Positions 56,750 to 64,000 of a stretch of DNA of 64,000 nt are shown here, piece by piece. The notes under the pieces are model-generated. The model made no database searches. It was not told where the DNA came from and saw only the letters and a program-made list of their open reading frames with translations. The stretch's first letter is position 1; every line of letters starts with the position of its first letter. A program made the position numbers and the translations under genes. This stretch comes from the human T2T-CHM13v2.0 reference genome, Homo sapiens. The stretch lies in the NCBI RefSeq assembly GCF_009914755.1, contig NC_060933.1; one strand, 5' to 3'.

Positions 56750-57525
56750 TGCGAGCTCACTATCTTCAAAATATATCCAGAATTCAACCACTTCTTTCCC
56801 TTCACTACTGCCAGCCTGGCCTGGCCCATTCTCTTCTCTCCCCTGAATTCCAGCCACAGCCTTGGAAGAGGCATCTGCTTCTCTCCTGCTCCATACAGAC
56901 TATTCTCCATACAGAAGACCGGAAGATCCCTTTAGAAACCAGGTGGAATCTCCTAATGTCTCTGCTCAAAATAGCGCAATGACTCCCCACATCACTAAAG
57001 CTGACGTTCTTACATTTGACTTAAGTGAGCAAGCTAATTCCACATCTACAGTATTTCATGACCTCCTCTTTTACTCCTCTCCATACTACTCACTTCGATC
57101 TGGCCACACTGGCCTCCTACTTCATCCTCAAACTTGGCAGACACACTCCTCCCTCAGGACCTTCGCTCTAGCTGTTCCCTGTACCTGGAGCTTCCACTCT
57201 TCTTCCAAGTATCCTTCATCTAAGTTTCTCATCTACAGATCTTTGCTCTTGAAGGTTGTGCTGACTGCCTTATTTCATTTTGCAACCTGATGACCCATCA
57301 GCCTGTGAATCTACCGTCTTCAACCTATTCTGTTTTTTTTTCTTAGCATTTTTCACTTTCTAATGTGGTATATATTTTCTTATTAATTATGTTTATTGTT
57401 TGTCTTTTCTTGCTAGAATATAAGTTTCATGAGGGCGGCTATCCTTGTCTGTTGCTTTGAAAAAAATCCCAAGTGGTCAGATCAGTGCTGGGCACAGAGG
57501 AGGTGCTTGATAAATACTTATCAAG
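56750..57525 (+). mobile_element. L2a-like 3' fragment, preceded by an antisense L2 piece (~56460-56720)
   Basis: 'ctatcttcaaaatatatccagaattcaaccacttct', 'ctggccacactggcctcc', 'gggcacagaggaggtgcttgataaata'. Confidence 0.8.
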
Positions 57526-59117
57526 TGGTAGGGAGTGAGGATTTGGTAGATTATCCAAATACGTGGTAAAGCCAGCAATTGGACTCAAGTTTGCCCAGTG
57601 GTTCGTGCCATCACTCCTGAGTGGGAAAGGAAAACCAGTTGAAGTGTTGATGCTGGTGGCACCGGCGGTGGGATTTTACACCAGTCATGCTGATGCTGGA
57701 CAGCATAGACAATGCTGCAGTGAAGGAGACAGCAAGCTATCCTTGCTCAATTTGTTGCTGCAGGCTCTTTTTTTCTTTTAAATAATAAAATTCATGACTG
57801 AAAAGACATCCTGTATGTGTGTGTATGTGCATGTGTATGTAGAGGCATTGGCCTCCATCCTAGAGCCTTACCTAATTTGGCAGGCATTTAACAAAGGCAG
57901 CATTATTGAATACCAGTGAATTATCTGGCAACAGAGGGAGAGACCAAGAGATGCATGGGTATGGAGCGCACCTCATAGGATGAAATGCTGGTTATTCACA
58001 GATGTCTTTCAGAAGGAGTCACCAACAAGTGCTACATTATGTTTGCCTCGTAGAAACTCTTTATTTCCTGTAAGGTTTCTGACCTTGAGAAACAAGGCTG
58101 ATATTGCAGACAAGAGCCTCAAGATTAGGCAGTTCTGCCTGGACTTCTCTAGAATTGCTGCTCAGGACCTGCACCCGCTGCTACCACCTGCCATTGGGAT
58201 TTGGCACAGGGATCCGCTTAGCTGTTTCTTCATGCTCCAGGCTTCCACTGGTTAGTGCTGAGGACTGTCAGCTAGTATTGAGAGAATGTCACTACCACAG
58301 AAACACTGTGTAGAAAGAAGGCTGGGTTGTGAGGAGACGGGGGACAAACATAGAAAAGTCAAGATCTGGCCTCAGCCTGGCCGGTGGTTAGATTTTTTGC
58401 TTAAATTTAGGCTTACTCTACATGTTAAGGCTCCCAAGAATACTAGGGAAAGAATGCTTTGCTAAAATGCATGGGCTCTACTGAATGCTGTATTTAGAAA
58501 GGAATCACTCCTTCTAGTTGTGCTGATGTGTTAAATGAGTAAGGCCACCAAGCACTCTTAATGACGAAAAGGGATAAAAAGTTTCCTCCTGGTTTTCTTC
58601 AAATCACAGGCATCACTATAAGGTAGGAGGCTACTGGATAAGCTACTGCTTATCCACAAGAAACTAAATTTATTTTGCAAAGAAATCAAACTATTAAACC
58701 CCAAGCTTTCAAAGTTGTTAGATTGACAGCCACCAAAGATGATGCCAAAATGTGGTTGTCTGGGAAATTTATTTTCATATAACATACAATGCTACAATGG
58801 TATCTTCCACGGAAGAAACATTTAAGTGCCCCTCCTCCAACCCTCATTACCACACACACACCTTTTTTACCCCCAGTTCACCTGTACTGGTGTTTAGAAT
58901 AGCACAAGGTTCTATTAAATCCTAACCCTGTTTTGGTCTCCAGACTTGCCAAGTGTCATATTTGACCTACTTCACCACTTAAAATTCCCATCCTCCATCA
59001 TAAAACATTTCTAACAAGATACCTCCCTGGTCTTACTATGGCTTTTTCCAATTTCTTCATTATAAATGCCAATCATGCCTGCCCCATAGTATACAATGAT
59101 TTTGGACACCCTCTATG

Positions 59118-59305
59118 CTACCAGTCCTTAAGCTTCAGCTAGTGTCTGAATCTCCTAAAGGGCTGGTAAAAGTAAAGATCACTGTGCCACCCCCAGAGTT
59201 TCTAATTCAAGAGGACTGGGGTAGGGCTGTAAAGTTTGCATTCCTGACAGGTTCCCAGGTAAAGCTGATACAGCTGGCTCTGGGATCTTACTTTGAGAAT
59301 GTCTG
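59118..59305. mobile_element. MER5-family MITE
   Basis: 'ccaccccagagtttctaattca', 'tttgcattcctgacaggttcccaggt', 'actttgagaa'. Confidence 0.7.
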
Positions 59306-61854
59306 TTCTTTGCTTTCTATTTTGATAGCTCCTTGAAGAAAACAAAAACCAAAACCAGTTGATTTAGAACTGAATCGGGTGGAATTAGCAAAGTCAACAG
59401 CTATGAAATTAAACAGCAGCAGAAGGATGACTTTGGTATCAAGTGAGGTCTGGGTGTGGAGGTGAATGTGCTATAGTTCATGCTCCTTGGGGTTCCTTAA
59501 AAGATCTTTCTTCATCAAGAAAGATCCCAAAGAGGGAAGTTATCAGTATCAAAATTCTTTCAGTTGCAAGTGACAAAAATAATAATAAAAATAAATATCA
59601 ACCCAAACAGGCCAAGTCAGAGAGGATATTTATTGGCTCATATCAATGAAAAGTAGAAGGATGGTCTAACTTCAGGCATGGCATGAACCAGAAGCTCAAA
59701 AGAATTTCTTTCTATAACTCTGGCCTCTGTATCCTCTCTATTTGCAACATTCTGAAATAGATTCTTAGATCCTGGTGGCAAGATAAACAAGAACCACTTT
59801 CTCTCACTGGCCAAAGTCTTTAGAAAGCATGCTGTTATAGTTGCTCTAAGAACACAGTCTGCGGGGGTCACCTGTGATCCAGAATAGAGAAGAAAAAGAG
59901 CAAGAAGAGGACCAGTCGATAGTATATTAACCGTAATGGCCATTGCTCCTTGGACACTGAGGCAAGTTTGTGACAGTATAAAAATAACATGGAACTATTT
60001 TTATGATCATAGCTTCCCTTTACCCAAATCCAACTTCATTCAACTAAGAAAATGCCACTAAGAGAATTCACCTTGGGGATTGTCACACAACTTTTTTTCT
60101 CTTTTGTCACCATTAAATGTGATGTTTTTACTGGTGAGCTTCATGGCAGAACCTGTCATTGTAGTGAGAGAATTTGCTAAAGAGAGTGGCGTAGGCAAAG
60201 GGAAATTGTAGCTTCCCGTTTCCCCAGATCCACAGTAACTTTTTTTAAGTCTTTCTTTCTGCTGAAAAACACCTGCCTGGCTACAGAGTCAAATAGGAGA
60301 CTCTGAAGGGACAAGATGCTATTTTAAGTGATATTTTCAGTCTTATAGAGTTTTCATTTAGTTTTTCATGTAATAGGCACATGTACAAAAACAATTAAGC
60401 TAGAACAAAGCAGAAAATAACAGCAGGCAACTCACTGCCTTCGGTTACAGTGCTCCCAATCTGGAACACTGTCAGTCACTGGTGGGGCTTGCAGAATTAA
60501 ACTAGCTGGGAGAAGTAAAAAAATTTTTTTTTGGCTGAGTCAGCATCCAAATATAGGAATCCTTCTGAAGGATTGCAGTTTTCTCAGAGGGCTATGCTAG
60601 AGGCAAGGAGTAGATTGATTTTTTAAAGTCCATACAGAAAGAAATAATTATTGCAAAATGTGTGTGTTTCCTGAGTTGTGGTCTGGAAAAGCCATTTTTG
60701 GGCCTGGGACACTCACCTCCCTGTTTGAGACCCTGGAATGAGTCTTTATTTCATTGTGCTAAACCATCACAGCAATTTTGTTCCTAGAATGATATCAACT
60801 AAAGGATGTGTTGGGGTTTTATTTAAGTTAAGTTAGATTGTAATTAACAGGAAGTCACGTATTAAAGGGGTATGTGAGAAACACAGTGGAGGTTAATGGA
60901 ATTAAAGGGAGGAAAATTTCTGGGCTTTAGGGCTTTAGGGCAAGGCTCACTCACTCGCATTCATTCTCTCCCTTCATCTCACCATATCTCCAGTCTTCAT
61001 TCTCTTCTGCTACACACAGATCTTTAAATATGGTAGAAGATGGCCACCAGCAGCTCCCAATTCATGCCCTTCAATTTCTGTGACTCAAAAGGCAACACAC
61101 TCTGTTCTTCTCCAGTTGGGGAAAAACCCCGAGGAAAGAGGACTCCATAAAAGAGATGAGAGAAGAGTGACCTGGAAGTAGGAGAGGGAGGGCTATGGCC
61201 ACAGAAACCAGAGCAGGATGGAATTTCAAGGAAAAGGCAGTGGTCAAAGAATCAGACACTACAGAGGGATGAGGTAGAGTGTGATGGAAATATTCCTGAA
61301 AGGTTTGCAACACACGAAAAGTTAATGTTACATTTATCTGCTCACATAGTATGTGGATATATAAACAAGCATATCACAGTGCTTTTCTTGAATATTAGTT
61401 TCCTAATGCTGTCACTGGACACATCAATTTGGCTAACTGCCTGTAATTATGGCTCCTTGTAAAGACGCTTTTACCTAGTTAAAAAGTATTAATTAACATA
61501 AAAACAAGTTTTGATAAAAGACTCATGAACAACAATGAAATAAACCCAGAAGGGCAGTAGTGGGCCTAGCCTTGGTATCGTGCTCACCTTCCCCACTTGC
61601 TTTGTCACTGGGGAAGGAGGACAAGGTACAACAGTTGACCAGGTTGAGTCACATCATGGCTATTCCTGTGGGGAGGGACCAAGTGCTATGACTGACAGCC
61701 CCACCAAGATTACACAACTGGAGTCGGGGAGAAGCTATTTCCCAAAGAGGAGAAGGGAGAAAGGTATATACTTTTCTGTGTACAGCCAACAAAATGGTTA
61801 CAGGAGTCCAGCCAAGTGTAAAAGTATCCCCAGTCCTCCAATAGCACCAATTAT

Positions 61855-62410
61855 TAGTTATTCCTATCAACATTTATTTTGTACCTACTACATGTCATAT
61901 CTGTGTTAGATCTTGGGTACATAAAGACAAATGGGATAAGATTCCAACCTTTCAGAATCTGAGTTATTGCTAAATAGACATGCAAAAATAAACTGGGTGT
62001 TATGGAATGAGAATTGTAGTAGAAGAATTTGAAAAGTAGTATGGGAGAAGGAGAGGGAAAAGGATGCATTCTGTTGGGAAGGAGGGATGAGAATAAGATT
62101 CATAGGAATCAAGGTTCAGAGGAGGGCTTTAAAGGAGGAATAGGAGGTTTCCAAGTAGACAAGATAGATTTCCAGAGATTTCCCAATTTAAATACTCACT
62201 TAACTCAGTTTTACTAGAGAATATTATAGGTTTGTATTACATAGGGCAGCACTAAGGAAATACAGATCTACGGCTAATTTTAAACACAGAAATTAAAATT
62301 TACAGAAGTTAGGTGATTTGATCAAAGTAATATAGCTAGAGAGTGGCAGGGCTAGCATCAGAAGTCAGACTTCTTCATCACCAGAATAGTGCTCTTTTAA
62401 TTTCCCCACA
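61855..62410 (-). mobile_element. Antisense L2 fragment followed by a MIR fragment
   Basis: 'caacatttattttgtacctactacatgtca'; MIR 'gaagttaggtgatttgatcaaagt'. Confidence 0.55.
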
Positions 62411-63624
62411 TAAAATCCTGAGGCTCAAGGGTCACAGAGAAACAGTGAGCTTTGTCCTGGTTTTTAGTAGGTACTATCTAGAGTCATGAATCTAACTATA
62501 GCTATTATGTGACCAGGACATTACCAACTCATTAGCCTTCAAGAATGGTGAGTAGCAAGTGTTCACAGTGAATTTTACATTCATGTACAAATTATTGGAA
62601 AATATCTGTTTCAGAAAAACACAACTGGCCACCATAGATAGCCCCCACATGTTACATCCGATAATTAATGGACCTTGAATTATATTTTAATAAATTGATG
62701 AGGACTGAATTTTAAGACAGGTTATTTTCTTACTGGAGCTGTGACTCATAGGGAGGGGACAGCCCCCCAGTTTTTAATCAGAAAATAAAAAAGCTAAGGG
62801 GAGAAGCCTTCTGTTTTACTCACACAGACTGGTAAGACAGATGTGCAGAGCTGACAGATGCCCAAGAGCTAGAAAAGTAATTGCTTGGAAGTCACTGGGC
62901 TGAGACAGCTGGAACGGTTAGTTTTTTCCTATGGATGTCTGAGCTAAAGACTCTTTCAAATTCCTCAGCAGAGGCACGGAAGCCCCTGTGCAAAGCCAGC
63001 ACAGGAAGGGCTAGTCTGGGTTGGTCTGGTGGACTAGGTGGGCAAGAGGCATGGTCTAAAAGGCAGTGGGAGCTGGAGAGGTCAGCAGCACAAGCTGTTC
63101 AGAGTAGAACAGTTGTGGAAGTCACTGTCCCATTGTTCACTGCTTTCTTGGTACAGGCAGCCCTGGCTCCACAGCTATGAATTTAATGATTGGCAAGAAA
63201 CTGTCAGAGAACCCTATTTTTGAGAGGAGCAAAGGTATGGCCTTGTGTGTGGGAATGTAGTCTGAGCAGGAGAGTCAGGAATTGCATAGGCATCATCTTC
63301 CAAAATGAAGAGGCTATTAGAGAAATACAGACAAGCATTATGCATTTGTGGATGGCTGGCGGAAGAGAACACATCATCCCTCAAGTCTCAGTATAATATC
63401 CGTCACTCCAGAGAAAAGATCAATGTCAACAATTATCAAAAATGGGGGAAAAACTGCCAAAAGGACTCTAAGCCAGCCATGTTAAGCATGAAATGAATTA
63501 CCACTCCCCACAGTGGGATAAAATTTCTAAATTGTCAACACAATAGAAAATAAACACAAAGCCTACACGTTTCCTTGTAGGCTTTCCTCCAGCCTCTTAG
63601 ACCAAGCTCACTCAAGACTCAAGT

Positions 63625-63990
63625 TCAAGTACTTGACCTCGGTAACGCTATTTAAGAAATCCTATTGTCCAGGCTTCCCTCCAGACCCACAACATTGGAA
63701 TCTTTGGGGCTGGGACCCGGGCATCAGCATCCTGTAAAGCTTCTCCAGATATTCTAATGGGCAGCCCATGAGAACCAAGGGAGAGTAAAACCTGTGGATT
63801 TGAATTGCATCTCCACAACTCACCAGCTGTGTTACTTACAGAGTATTATTTAATCTCTCTGAACATTGTTTTCCATGTCCATAAGAAAAAATAATACCTA
63901 CCTCATCAACTTGTTTTGAGGCTAAAAAAAGATGAATGTAGAAGAATGCTGAATAATGTCAAGCTGAACAATTGTCTAGAAACTAGAATA
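63625..63990. mobile_element. MER5B-like fragment followed by a sense MIR
   Basis: 'ggaatctttggggctgggacccgggcatcagcat'; MIR 'agtattatttaatctctctgaac...ataatacctacctca'. Confidence 0.65.
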
Positions 63991-64000
63991 AACAGTCATA

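Noticed and set aside
57980-58313. Overlapping ORFs (91 and 69 aa) in unique DNA with a possible CTG|GTTAGT donor
   Set aside because: No recognisable protein similarity and weak splice signals; lengths are within chance expectation.

Overview
Primate (catarrhine, most likely human) non-coding DNA, intergenic or deep intronic. AluY, a HERV-H LTR7 and an ERV9 LTR12 support this assignment. A large part of the window is recognisable interspersed repeat: three or more decayed L1 segments, about 14 Alu/FLAM copies, L2, MIR and CR1 relics, MaLR/ERVL/ERV1 solo LTRs, hAT MER5 elements and a MADE1 mariner MITE. I found no protein-coding gene, RNA gene, CRISPR array or prokaryote-type system. The ORF track is explained by L1 ORF2 remnants, Alu/LTR reading frames and chance. 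Most notable: (1) an 83-bp templated insertion inside an Alu, copied in inverted orientation from unique DNA ~1.5 kb downstream; (2) an intact CpG-rich solo LTR12C followed by a perfect splice donor, a candidate cryptic first exon; (3) a compact MEF2 + E-box + MEIS/TBX motif cluster and a neighbouring MEIS/PBX-HOX/FOX cluster in unique DNA; (4) a CpG-retaining unique segment with a 49-codon smORF; (5) a tail-to-tail inverted Alu pair, a U3-deleted LTR7, and several template-switch scars. Repeat subfamily calls come from recalled consensus sequences and need RepeatMasker/Dfam confirmation.
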